Shown one piece after another: positions 1 to 11,600 of a DNA stretch of 64,000 nucleotides. The position numbers and the translations under genes were made by a program. Under the pieces are notes generated by a model. That model ran no database searches. It worked only from the letters and a program-made list of their open reading frames with translations, and was not told where the DNA came from. The stretch is taken from assembly GCF_006345805.1 (NCBI RefSeq), contig NC_043022.1, forward strand, positions 23,746,001-23,810,000, read 5' to 3'. Every line of letters begins with the position of its first letter. Position 1 is the first letter of the stretch. This stretch comes from Octopus sinensis (lineage: Eukaryota).

Positions 1-56
1 AAACCATCCAACCCAAGACAGCATGGAAAAACGGACATTAAACAATGATGATGATA

Positions 57-279
57 TACAAGGGGGTACTGAGAAGTTTCTGGCTTTAAGGATATCATGA
101 AAAGCTTGGTTGGAGTTCCAACCTTCTGACTTCTTTTACAGGGCTTAGAAAAAAACTGAAGAACTACTGCAATAAGTTTGTGAAACTGAGAGGGGAAAAT
201 ATGTTGAATAAAATCATAATTAACTGATCCTCCTATATTTTCTCTTACCTAAAGCCAGGAACTTTTCAGTGCCTCCTTG

Positions 280-281
<2 letters not shown>
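57..281. mobile_element. Mariner-like MITE (non-autonomous Tc1/mariner element)
   Basis: ~33-bp imperfect TIRs TACAAGGGGGTACTGAGAAGTTTCTGGCTTTA and TAAAGCCAGGAACTTTTCAGTGCCTCCTTGTA, flanked by TA; mariner-type GAGGGGAAAATATGTTGAATAAA near the right end. Confidence 0.85.
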
Positions 282-342
<61 letters not shown>

Positions 343-344
343 TG

Positions 345-640
345 CACAAACAACACACACCTAGTTTTGAGTTTAGTCCCACTGTGTAGAACCTTGGACA
401 AGTGTTTCTTACTATAACCCCTGGCTGTTATGCTTGTGTTTGTCCCACACCACCACTTGACAACTGGTGTTGGTGTGTTTATGCCCTCACAACTTAGCAG
501 TTCAACAAAAGAGACTGATATAATAAGTACCAGTTTTAAAAACAAAAAAAGTACTGGGGTCAATTGATTTGACTAAAAATTCTTCAAAGAGATGCTCCTG
601 CATGGCCATAGTCTAATGACTAACAAGTAAAAGATAAAAG
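345..640 (+). mobile_element. Abundant octopus-type SINE (decayed copy)
   Basis: Shares the blocks CACTTGACAACTGGTGTTGG...ACTTAGCAGTT...AATAAGTACCAG...GCATGGCC...AAGTAAAAGATAAAAG with more than 15 other copies in the window. Confidence 0.75.
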
Positions 641-959
641 ACGAAAGTACATGTATATATTTCATTATACAATATATATATATATTTAACCTGCTGTTAG
701 CATCCCTCTAGCTTCCTCATCTCATGCACCTCCTCCCACTTTAACCCCTTCTTAGTTTTTACAGGTGTTTCTTCTCTTCCTCTCTCCCTTGTCCCTAAAC
801 TCTTGCAAACCACCACCCAACCACCAATTCATTCTCACACTGCCCCTTAAATGTAAATAGCAATGTAGCTCTACCCCAACTTCTTCTCTCATACTTTAGC
901 CCCACCTAACATAAGGATGCTTTCACCATCCTCAGATTTTGTACACTTGCTAGCTGCAT

Positions 960-1147
960 GGTAACCCCATGGAAAAAGCACCCAGCTCACACTGTTAAGT
1001 GGTTGGCTTTAGGAAGAACATCCAGCTGTAGAAACCATGCCAAAGTGGGCACTGGAGCATGATGCAGTCCTTGGACCCATCAGATTCTGTCGAGCAATTC
1101 AATCCATGCCAGCTTGGGAAATAGACATTAAATGATGAGGATAATGA
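960..1147 (+). mobile_element. RTE LINE 3' UTR fragment (GAT-repeat tail)
   Basis: AGGAAGAACATCCAGCTGTAGAAACCATGCC...ACATTAAATGATGAG matches the tail joined to RTE ORF2 at 23977-24350. Confidence 0.7.
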
Positions 1148-2805
1148 TATATATATATTAACTGAAAGATCTTTCTGCATCTATAAATGGTTCTTATAGT
1201 TTTTAGGAGCAATTATACAAAGGATGTCTTCTTCATGTAGTAAACACTTGCCCAAGGTACCATGCAGTAGAATCGAGCCTGGTTTCCCATGGTTACAAAG
1301 CTGACCTCTTAAGCACATGGTTGGCTATGCCTGCACTTGAGCATTCCAAACTCCATAACTATTTCAGCAAGAACAGTGTAGTCTATGCTTTGCTGACAAC
1401 ATCTAATAAGACTGAAACATTTCCAGAATTGTCTCCCATACTTACTAGAAATAATCAAAATATCATTTAGTCATTGAGCTAATGTTTTTACCTCACAATA
1501 CAATTATTTCTAATTAGATATTTGTTGCACACTACATTAAATATGCTAACAGTAGCTTAACTATTGTTTTTTGATGTGAACAATGTCTCTGAGTAATTAA
1601 ATGCAGTTTTTTTCCTTTTGGAAGTGAGGGCAAGATTGCTTAAGAGAAACTAATTTAAAATGCATCATAGACTAGATTAACAGGAAAATAAAGATAAATT
1701 TAACAGCTAGGGCAAGAATGAGGGACAACACGCCAGCTGGGGCAAGAATGAGTGGTAATTTACAAGCTAGTGTAGAAATTAGGGGTGGTTTACCAGCTAG
1801 GCGGTGGCTGTCACAGACTTTTTATTGTATAAACAGCACATATTTTTTGTGGAATAGGTTTATGGTAAGCACTTATAGATAAATATCTTTCCATCTCTCT
1901 CTCTCTCTCTCTCACTCTATATATATACACACATACATACATACACACACATATATATAAATACAAATATTAACATATATATATATATATATATATACAC
2001 ACTCACACACACGCAAACACATACAAATGCACACACGTCACTTTGCGTCTCTCCAAGACACCAACACTCGCTCCCTCTCTCTTTCTCTGTCCTCATCTCC
2101 TTCTCCTGCTCTTCACCTCTCTCCCTCTACAATATCATATCAGACAAATAAAATATTTCAACTTCTCACTGTAATTGTTTTCTCCTCTCATCCATGCCAC
2201 TCACTCCTAACCTGTGCCACTACTTACCCTTAAAGCTAATAGGATAATTATCTCATCAAATAGTCTCTTAAAACATCATTTATCATCGTCACCAACACCA
2301 CCACCACCACCACCACCATTATCATCATCATCATCATTGTAACCCTCATCATCATCATTATTGTCATTATCGTTATTACCAACACTATCATAGTCATCAT
2401 CATCACATCATTATTATCATCCATATCAACATTACGAACACAGTCAACATCATCACTACGATTGGCTTGTCATCTGTCATCGTCCTCACAGTTTTAAACA
2501 TCCATCTATCCTTTTGTTATCAACATTGTCATCACCAACATCATTATTATCTGAGAAATGTACAACTACATCATCGTAATCATCAACATCATAATAAACA
2601 TCATTATCATTATTGTTATCATGACCACCACAGTCATCATCATCATCATCATAGTCCCTATTCTGTTTTCTTCAGCCTTCTAGCATACTCCTCTTATTTT
2701 CTGTTTGTTGCTTGAATGAATGCATACAAGCAAGATACTCAGGCTAGCAATGGAGTGAATCATTAGCTTTGAATGAAGAAACTTCAGTAAATGCATCCAT
2801 ATATT

Positions 2806-2842
<37 letters not shown>

Positions 2843-2964
2843 ATGATGTAATCAGTAGCACACTTACCGCTAAAATAAGAGCTGTAGGTTCAATTCCCAT
2901 GCGTGCTTATGTTTTTCTGTTGAGGGCTTATGTACTCCAATACTAGCCTATATATGTATATATA

Positions 2965-3015
<51 letters not shown>

Positions 3016-3037
3016 ATGAAAAGGAACACACGAGTTG

Positions 3038-3128
3038 ATATATATGAAAAAATAAGTCAAAATAGAAAATACTAAAATAATAAAATTATTTTAGCATTTT
3101 CTATTTTGACTTATTTTTTCATATATAT
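3038..3128. repeat. AT-rich foldback hairpin (~44-bp arms, 3-nt loop)
   Basis: ATATATATGAAAAAATAAGTCAAAATAGAAAATACTAAAATAAT is the near-perfect reverse complement of ATTATTTTAGCATTTTCTATTTTGACTTATTTTTTCATATATAT. Confidence 0.9.
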
Positions 3129-3161
3129 ATATATATACACTTTATTTAAAAGCAGCAGAAA

Positions 3162-3220
3162 TTTAACAAAAGCTGTTACTCAGAGTTTCATGTTCCCATT
3201 TGTCGGACAGTTTTGTTAAA
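3162..3220 (-). ncRNA. Inverted partner hammerhead-like motif (G8 decayed to A)
   Basis: Minus strand reads TTTAACAAAACTGT CCGACAA ATG GGAA CAT GAAA CTC T GAGT A ACAG C TTTTGTTAAA. Confidence 0.5.
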
Positions 3221-3238
3221 TTGTCATCTTGGTTCCAT

Positions 3239-3297
3239 TTTAACAAAACTGTCCGACGAACGGGAACATGAAACTCTGAGTAATAGCTTTTGTTAAA
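3239..3297 (+). ncRNA. Type I hammerhead ribozyme-like motif, variant core CCGACGA
   Basis: Stem I TTAACAAAA-CTGT / ATAG-C-TTTTGTTAA; core CCGACGA (3253-3259); stem II ACG-GGAA-CAT; GAAA (3270-3273); stem III ACTC-T-GAGT; GUA triplet, predicted cut after 3282. Confidence 0.6.
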
Positions 3298-3389
3298 TTC
3301 CTGCTGCTTTTAAATAAAGCATATACTCTACCTCTGGTATTTGAGTACTCTTTTCTCCACCTTGTTTCACATTTATGTGTTTACTCCGG

Positions 3390-3463
<74 letters not shown>

Positions 3464-3949
3464 AAATCAAATTGCGATAAAATAAAAATAATTATATATA
3501 TATATATATATTCTTTATTTGTGGATTACCAATTTAACAATGCTATCAATAATTTTACATGGAAAAGATTTCCACAATCTTCAAACGATCCACTTAAAAC
3601 CGTTGGTATAGCATTGTTAGTTCACAAACAAGAAATATTTATCCACCAAATGTGGCGTTGCAAACTCTGCTCTGTGTTCAATACTATCATAAATGTATAA
3701 ATATATAAGGGTAATCTTTACATCAGGCTTGGCATGGTTGCTTTGTTACAACACCAAACACTGCATTACTAGCCTTGAGAGAACCACTCATATAGGTACT
3801 TTGTACATGAAGGCACACAGATCGTAGCAAATGAAATTCATTTGTCATGGGTGCCAGAATTCCCCATATCATGTGATTTCAGTACCCATGACAAACGGAT
3901 TTTTTCTGCTGCGATCTACATATATGTTTTTATGCACCACGCACCTTAA

Positions 3950-4169
3950 CCCTTTCGTTACCGTATTTATTTTGGGATGCCCTATGTTTCTTTCAATTAC
4001 TTTAAATATAACAAAGAATTTAGTAAAATAACTCAGTTATCATTCAGCTGGTGTTAGGAACATAAATTGTGTCTAAGGTTTGGTGGAAGATTTTAATTCA
4101 AAACTTATGAAAACAAGACATTTATACTCAGAGCCAGAGCCGGTTTCAGCCGGGTTGATCATGAAAGGG
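3950..4169. mobile_element. piggyBac-like MITE
   Basis: TTAA on both sides (3946-3949, 4170-4173); termini CCCTTTCGT...ATGAAAGGG. Decayed relatives at ~11750-11970 and ~49170-49380. Confidence 0.85.
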
Positions 4170-4772
4170 TTAATGAGAGGTTCTCTCTCAGTTACTAACG
4201 TTGTATTCAGTGTTCTAACAAGGCATTTATGTTAAGGTGGACATCAAAGATTACCTTTGGTATTAATACTGCTTCCATCGCTAATAATCAATGCATAAAT
4301 ATGTATTCTTATAAAGTTACATTTAACATGCTCAGCCACACTCAGACATGGAAAGAGCTTCTGCTGCAGAAATAGTCCCCGGAGAAAATTCTGTCTAAAC
4401 GATGTGCGAAAATACATTTGGTCATAAATGACGTCATTAGACTGTGAATTACAATACTGCATTCTTCCACGTCATCAACTGATGATGTGAGAGAATGCAG
4501 AAATGCACACATCCTATAATCCAATGATGTCATTCACAGCCCAATGTGTTTTCTCTCTCTCTCTCTCTCCCACTCCTCCATTCAGCTCTTACCACCATCT
4601 AGTCCTCCTCTATCTGTTACTACTGTCCCCACTCCTCCATCCATGTGTTACCTCTCTCTCTCACTATATATACATACACACACACACACACATATATATA
4701 TATTTATATGTGTATATATATATATATATATATGTATATACACACACACACACACACATTATATTATATATA

Positions 4773-4816
<44 letters not shown>

Positions 4817-5880
4817 GTATATGTGTGTGTGTGTGTCTAAAAGAGAACTGATGAAATTAAGATATTCCAGGAGCCAAACCAGAACCATGATCTAAACAAA
4901 ATGGTGAAGAGTTAAGGAATGTCAAGAGCTGAAGTGTTTACCATTTGAAATTTGCCAGAAATAAAAGCCAGGTGGAAGGTGTGTGAGTGTGTATGTGTAT
5001 GTATACATACATTCTTACATATATATAATTGTATACATATGCAAACATACATACATACATACATACATGGTGCAAGAATTATTTGAGGGTATATATGGTA
5101 ATTTAATAAAACAACTTTTATCTAGTAAAACACAAATGTATTTTAATGAAAAGTTGTGTACATGTTCTCAATAAGCTTATATATATATGTGTATATATAT
5201 GTGTTTGTCCTCCACCACTGCTTGACAACTGGTGTTGGTTTGTTTATGTTCTTGTAACTTAGCAGTTTGGCAAAGAGTGATTGATAGCGTAAGTACCAGG
5301 CTTTATAAAAAATTGAGTACTGGAGTCAAGTTGTGTAACTAAGCTCTTCAATGCAGTGCTCCAGCATGGCCTCAGTCTAATGATTGAAACAATGTGGGAC
5401 TGGAATTGTTGACATGATCTTTATTCAGTCTGGACATTGTCCAGACAATTGTGGTCTTGAGTGAAACTATGGTAATGTGTGGATGTCATTTAGTCTTCCT
5501 TTCAACAGTACATACATATACATGTGCATACAAGAATCTAATATCCATTCCCATATCAAAACAATGCTTGAAGTCCCATAAAATCTCTTTCAAAAATTAC
5601 ATAATATCTTCCATAAAATCTCTAGTTCAATAAAATTTCATAGCTTCATCCAACATAGGGATGGACTATCAAAATGCTTAAGAGGATGCCTGGAAAACTG
5701 CAGAATTCTCTGTATGAAACCATTGGTGACATTGTTAATCTACACATTAAGAACATATCTATCCACCAAATGCAATATTGAGCACTCATTCTCACTGTGT
5801 GGCATAATTGTATCATGTACATACAAACATACACACACACAGATGTATGCATACACACACACACAAATATATATATATAT

Positions 5881-6149
5881 TGGCCCCCGTGCAGGTGGCA
5901 TGTAAAAAGCACCATCCGACCGTGGCCGTTTGCCAGCCCCGTCTGGCACCTGTGCCGGTGGCACGTAAAAAGCACCCACTACACTCACGGAGTCGTTGGC
6001 GTTAGGAAGGGCATCCAGCCGTAGAAACATTGCCAGATCAGACTGGGCCTGGTGCAGCCTTCTGGCTTCCCAGACCCCAGTTGAACCGTCCAACCCATGC
6101 TAGCATGGAAAGCGGATGCTAAATGATGATGATGATGATGATGATGATG

Positions 6150-6150
<1 letters not shown>
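5881..6150 (+). mobile_element. RTE LINE 3' UTR copy with (GAT)n tail
   Basis: Repeated GTAAAAAGCACC units, TTAGGAAGGGCATCCAGCCGTAGAAAC, ends GGATGCTAAATGATGATGAT; matches 23977-24350 in reverse orientation. Confidence 0.85.
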
Positions 6151-6181
<31 letters not shown>

Positions 6182-6658
6182 TTATATTTCACTGCAGTCT
6201 TCCTAAATAGATTTTTTATTTATTTATCTACTATTTTCTTTAGAAGAGTATAGTGGGGAATTCTGATTTTTCGAACAGCGTTTGTTAGTTTTCTATTGCT
6301 TTCTTTTGTTTTACATTTTTTTTTTTCATCATTTGTTTTTATGGTGATTTTATATTTTTAGAGAGAAAGAAGTGTGTATAGTCTTTCTTTTTCTTGTTGA
6401 TTTATACTTCTTCACTTTTACAATCCTGCTTCAAAATTGTAGTAAAAAATAGCAAAAAGAAGAAAGAAATATTTGTTTCTTTGTCTTTGATTTATTTTGT
6501 CTTGTTTTGTTTTTTTTAATGAATCCCAAACACACATTCCAAATACATACAAACACATACATCTTTATAGAGTACATATATAAATACATACCCACACATA
6601 CGTATGTACGTGTGTGTGTTTACCCCCCCCCCCCCCATATATATATATATATTATATA

Positions 6659-6725
<67 letters not shown>

Positions 6726-7274
6726 TATATATATATATATATACACATACACAAACATACAGAAATTTACACATATACATATGTACGTATATAATCAGTA
6801 TACATTTGCTGACAATAATCCAAAAGTTAATATAAATTCTCAAATTTGAGGAATTCTTGAAATTGTATCATCATCATTTGCTTGCAGGGCGGTCAAATGT
6901 GCTAACCATTAGACTTACAGAGCAGCTCCACTCTTAAAATCAAAATAAAAGTACAAATTCTTTATCTGGCAACAAAGTAATTACTCTGTCATAGATACAA
7001 AACATCGAGATATATGTACCATTTATTTAGTATCTTAGCCAGTACAGGATCAAGTAAATTGCTTCTAAAGTCTACCACAGTAAGAAGTATGGTGTATTAT
7101 TTTCATTGATACTTAGAATGTGAATTAAATTATAAATAGTAAATGTTTAAGAATTTCTGTCATAAGTGCAGGCATGGCTGTGTGGGAAGAATTTTGCTCC
7201 CTAACCACATTGTTCTAGGTTCCGTCTCACATTGTGGCACATTTGGTAAGTGTCTTCTACTAAAGCCTCAGGCT

Positions 7275-7309
<35 letters not shown>

Positions 7310-8185
7310 ATATACACACACATTTATGTGTGTGTATGTGTATATATATATGTGTTTCTCCTCTTCCACTGCTTGACAACTGGTGTTAGTTTGTTTATGT
7401 TCTAGTAACTTAGCAGTTTGGCAAAGAGAGATTGATAGAGTAAGTACCAGGCTTTATAAAAAATTGAGTACTGGAGTCAAGTTGTGCAACTAAGCCCTTC
7501 AGTACAGTGCTCCAGCATGGCCTCAGTCTAATGATTGAAACAAGTAAAAGATTAAAGATGGAGAGCAAGGTTTCATATTTAGTGAGGAAAGGTGCATGTG
7601 ACCTAATTGATACTTTGTTTTATTGACCCTGAAAGGGTGAAAGACAACTTTGGCCTCTTGCTGGATCTGAACTCAGAACACTTAGGCATGTAACTAAATA
7701 CCATATGGTATATTATCAAATACTCTACAAATTTTGCTAATCTATACCCATGTCTGTCCATCAAGTCTATAACAAATATCCCATAATGCATTGTGTTAAT
7801 AGAAAACAACTGGTATTCTGTTGGTTACAACAAATGTTGCAGTTGGTCTGATCAGTGGAACAGCCTGCTCATGAAATTAATGTGCAAGTGGCTGAGCACT
7901 CCACAGACATGTGTATTCTTAACATAGTTCCCAGGGAGATTCAGCATGGCACAGAATGTGAAAAGGCTGGCCCTTTGACATACAGGTACTACTCACTTTT
8001 GCCAGCTGAGTGAACTGGAGGAACATGAAATAGAGTGTCTTGCACAAGGACACAATTCAATGCCAGGAACTGAACTCACAACCTTATAATAGTGAGATGA
8101 ATACTCTAACCACTTATCTATTTATAGTTTTGAATAAATCTATTCACAGTTTTGAATTAATCTCATAACTTCAAGATTTTGATGA

Positions 8186-8404
8186 TGTACTCTTTTACTA
8201 TTTGACTATAGCTATGCTGGAGCACCGCCTTTAGTTGAGCAAATCGACCCCATGACTTATTCTTTGTAAGCCTAGTACTTATTATATCAGTCTCTTTTGC
8301 CAAACCGCTAAGTTACAGGGACATAAACATACCAGCATCAGTTGTCAAGAGATGTTGGGGGGACAAACTCAGATACAAACATATAAACACATACATACAT
8401 ATAC

Positions 8405-8440
<36 letters not shown>

Positions 8441-8605
8441 GACAGGCTTCTTTCAGTTTCTCTCAACCAAATCCACTCACAAAGCTTTGGTCAGCTTGAG
8501 GCTATAGCAGAAGACACTTGCCCAAGGTGACACGCAGTGGGATTGAACCTGGAACCATGTGGTTGGTAAGCAAGCTACTTACCATACAGCCACTCCTGCG
8601 CCTGT
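8186..8605 (-). mobile_element. Near full-length octopus-type tRNA-derived SINE with internal (TA)n
   Basis: Head on minus strand GGAGTGGCTGTATGGTAAGTAGCTTG...GGTTCAATCCCACTGCG (A/B-box-like); body matches the other copies. Further copies at ~8885-9275, 19490-19880, 49411-49800, 58385-58625, 62548-62950 and 63512-63680. Confidence 0.8.
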
Positions 8606-9492
8606 GATTGTTTATTTTTAGAATGGCATTGTAGGGTAGGTGTTAGAGGTTGGATCTGGCAGTTTGGAACAGGTAGAGTATTTGGACTGGTTTGGGCCAG
8701 TTTGAGTGCATAAGGTTTAGGGTTAAAATCTCAGTAATACCTTTGAAGCTCGTACATAAATATCAATGGCTTGCAGGGACATGGTATTTCATTATGCAAC
8801 CATAATAGACTGTAAAGTATATTAAATGTTTTTATAAGTGAACATCATGTCATGCTGTGTTAGCAGTGCACTTTACATCACTTGCTTTCTTCTTTACCTC
8901 TTATCTGTTTCAGTCATAGGACTGTAGCCATGCTGGGGCACTGCCTTGAAGGGTTTAGTCCTATAAATTGTCCCCACTATTTATTCTATCAATCGCTTTT
9001 TTGCCAAACTGCTAAGTTACAGGGATGTAAACAAACAAACACTGGTTGTCAAGCAGTGGGGGACAAACGCAAACACGAAAACCCACACAAATATGTGTGT
9101 GTATATACACATATGACAAGCTTCTTTCTGTTTCCTTCTACTAAATCCACTCACAAGACTTTGGTCGGACCAGGGCTATGGTAGAAGACACCTGTTTAAG
9201 ATGTCATGCAGTGGGACTGAACCTGGAACTATGTGGTTGGGAAGTAAACTTCTTATCACACAGCTATGCTTGCATCAATATAAATATATATTGAGGGTAT
9301 TGTCCAGCCTGAAAACACGCTGGGTGGCTTCAGGGTTAAAATTTCAGTTTCCAGGTTAAGAAAAGCTTTATATGTGTTTGTTTTTGGAATCTGTCCAAAA
9401 TATCTCTGTTTTGTTACAGGTGAGTCTAAAGACAATCTTAGAATTTACCTAGTAGAAAGTTTAGTTTTACACGAAACTATTGCATCACTCAC

Positions 9493-9852
9493 CTGAGTGG
9501 TGGTAGCAATAGCGATGGTAGTGATGGTGACGGCAGCAGAAGTAGAGGTGGTGGGGTGGGGTAGTTTGGTGATGAGCTTCAGGGATGTAGCAGGGGTAAA
9601 ATTTGGTGGTGGTGGTGGTAGATGTGGTTATACTTGTAGTTATGGTGATCGTATTTCTGTGGTGGTGGTGGTGGTAGATGTGGAGGTGATGTGATGCTTC
9701 AGTTGTAGATGTAAGTATAGAAGTATAAAATGTGGTGGTGGTGGTGGTGATGCCAGGTGATGGATGTGCAGTGAGTAGAGAGGTGATATCAGTATTGGTG
9801 ATGGTGGTGGTGGTGGTGACAAGAAGTGGGGGTTGACAGCATCTTCAGAAAT
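9493..9852 (-). other. Candidate 360-nt exon (Pro/Thr/His-rich, contains a stop in every frame)
   Basis: Acceptor TTCCTTGTTTTTACACCGAAACTTCACAG and donor CTCAG|GTGAGT; a 94-nt GT-AG intron separates it from 9947-9982. Largely (ACC)n low-complexity sequence. Confidence 0.3.
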
Positions 9853-9946
9853 CTGTGAAGTTTCGGTGTAAAAACAAGGAATACATAAACAAATAAACAA
9901 AGAAGTAAACAAATCGGTAAATGTTCCATGAGGAAGTTTAGTTTAC

Positions 9947-9982
9947 CTTCTTGTTAACACGGGTAGTTGACTGGGGTGGCGT
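9947..9982 (-). CDS. Candidate 36-nt frame-preserving exon (TPPQSTTRVNKK in phase 0)
   Basis: Acceptor CATTCTTTCTGACTCCACCCCCAAACAG with a CTGAC branch-like motif; donor AAG|GTAAAC; lies in repeat-poor sequence. Confidence 0.4.
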
Positions 9983-10109
9983 CTGTTTGGGGGTGGAGTC
10001 AGAAAGAATGATAGGTGTGTAAGTAGGAAGCACAATGAAGCAAGTTCCTGGATAAGTATAACTGCTACGGTTAAGTTAGGCTTAACACACACATACATAT
10101 ACACCCACA

Positions 10110-10141
<32 letters not shown>

Positions 10142-11409
10142 CATACATACATTCATACACACACACACACACGTGCACACACAGGCATATATATTCTCAG
10201 GTGCATACACATATACACATCTGTATTTTCATGCACACACACACGCAACGCACATGTATGTATGTATATACACGTACTTACATGTGCACGTTCAAACAAC
10301 GTGAAGAAGAAAATAAAAAAAACAACAACAATTCTCTCTAAAACAAAAGACAACCAAAAATAATCAGTAGATCTCAGACAGGAACAGAATTAAGAAAAAC
10401 ATAAATAAATAAATCTAAAAGAAAAGAAAGAAAATATACCTAAAAATAAGAAAAAGAAAATGCAAACAAAATTGAAGAAAGGAAGAAAGAAAGAAGGAAA
10501 GAATTAAACCGAAATTCTTGACGCGCTTCAACAAAAGAAATTAAGCCATTATTATTTTGTTCCTCAACTGAGCATTTCTGTTAGTTCTGCACAGTAGTTT
10601 CAACTCTGGCAGAATAGCACTGCAACACAACATCCATCCCAGCAGTCGACACTCAAACCATTTTTTTTCTTTGTTGTTGTTGTTGACAAACTTTGTCAGG
10701 CATCCTATTCTATATATCATTCTTTGGTTCTCTCTCACTCTCTCTGTCTCTCAAAGACAGAACACTCTGAAAGAGTCTGCTGCTGCCCCTTACCCACTTT
10801 CTTTTTTATCTCCTCTTCTTTTTATTTCCTGGTCTCCTGATATCCTCATATCTTTGATATCAACTTACTACGTCCTTTTGATAACCCCCTGAGATATCCC
10901 TTGGCTGTAGCCACCTATATCAATTCTTATATGTATATATATTTCCACATATAAGAATTAGATCCTATATAACATATCCTATATCATATATTACCTTGTA
11001 GCACTTGATACATTTACATACAGCCCTTCACACTTAAAATCTTCTGTGGTCCCTTCTTAAAGAACAGCAGACATAACCTCCTCAGGGATTTTACTGTTAA
11101 TTCTTGGTTAAAGTGATTATTTGATACTATCAATTTATTATGTGAGTATTCAAAAAAGTTTGCTTCTTTATTTTTTTATTGTTGTTTGGTAATTTTTTAA
11201 ATTTGATTTTTTAAATTTTATCTTGAAATATTATTTATATCAGAAGAAGATTTACTTTTTTTTTTTTTTTTTTAAATTTGGAAAAGGGATTTTTACTGAG
11301 CAAGACTATTTATAAAAATATCTGGTAAGAAACTTGACTTGGAGAAGAAAAATTCTATGAAAAATGACTTAGGAAATGAATCAGTGAAAAAGTTTGACTA
11401 GAATTGATT

Positions 11410-11600
11410 AATGACTGAAAACAATTTGCTAAAAACTGAAGAGGATTGGTTAAAGACTGAAGATAATTGGTTAAGGACTGAAGAGAATTGGTTAAAGACT
11501 GAATAGAACATGTTAAAAACTAAATAAAATTGGTTAGACTGAATACATTTAATTGACTGAAGAGACTCAGTTAAAGACTGAACAGAATTGGTTAAGACTT
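11410..11600. repeat. Degenerate 21-bp minisatellite (GACTGAAGAGAATTGGTTAAA)n
   Basis: About 8-9 diverged units visible by eye. Confidence 0.8.

Larger units (their letters stand above)
3140..3319. mobile_element. Foldback element (~81-bp inverted arms), each arm carrying a hammerhead-like motif
   Basis: 3140-3220 is the reverse complement of 3239-3319 with a few mismatches; spacer about 18 nt. Confidence 0.85.

Noticed and set aside
2840-2905. tRNA-like segment with GGTTCAATTCC B-box
   Set aside because: No cloverleaf; best explained as a decayed SINE head.
9400-9430. Plus-strand TTGTTACAG|GTGAGT, resembling a recursive splice site; minus-strand AG|GT sites at ~10437 and ~56802
   Set aside because: No evidence for plus-strand transcription, and such motifs are expected by chance in 64 kb of AT-rich DNA; needs saw-tooth RNA-seq or lariat reads.
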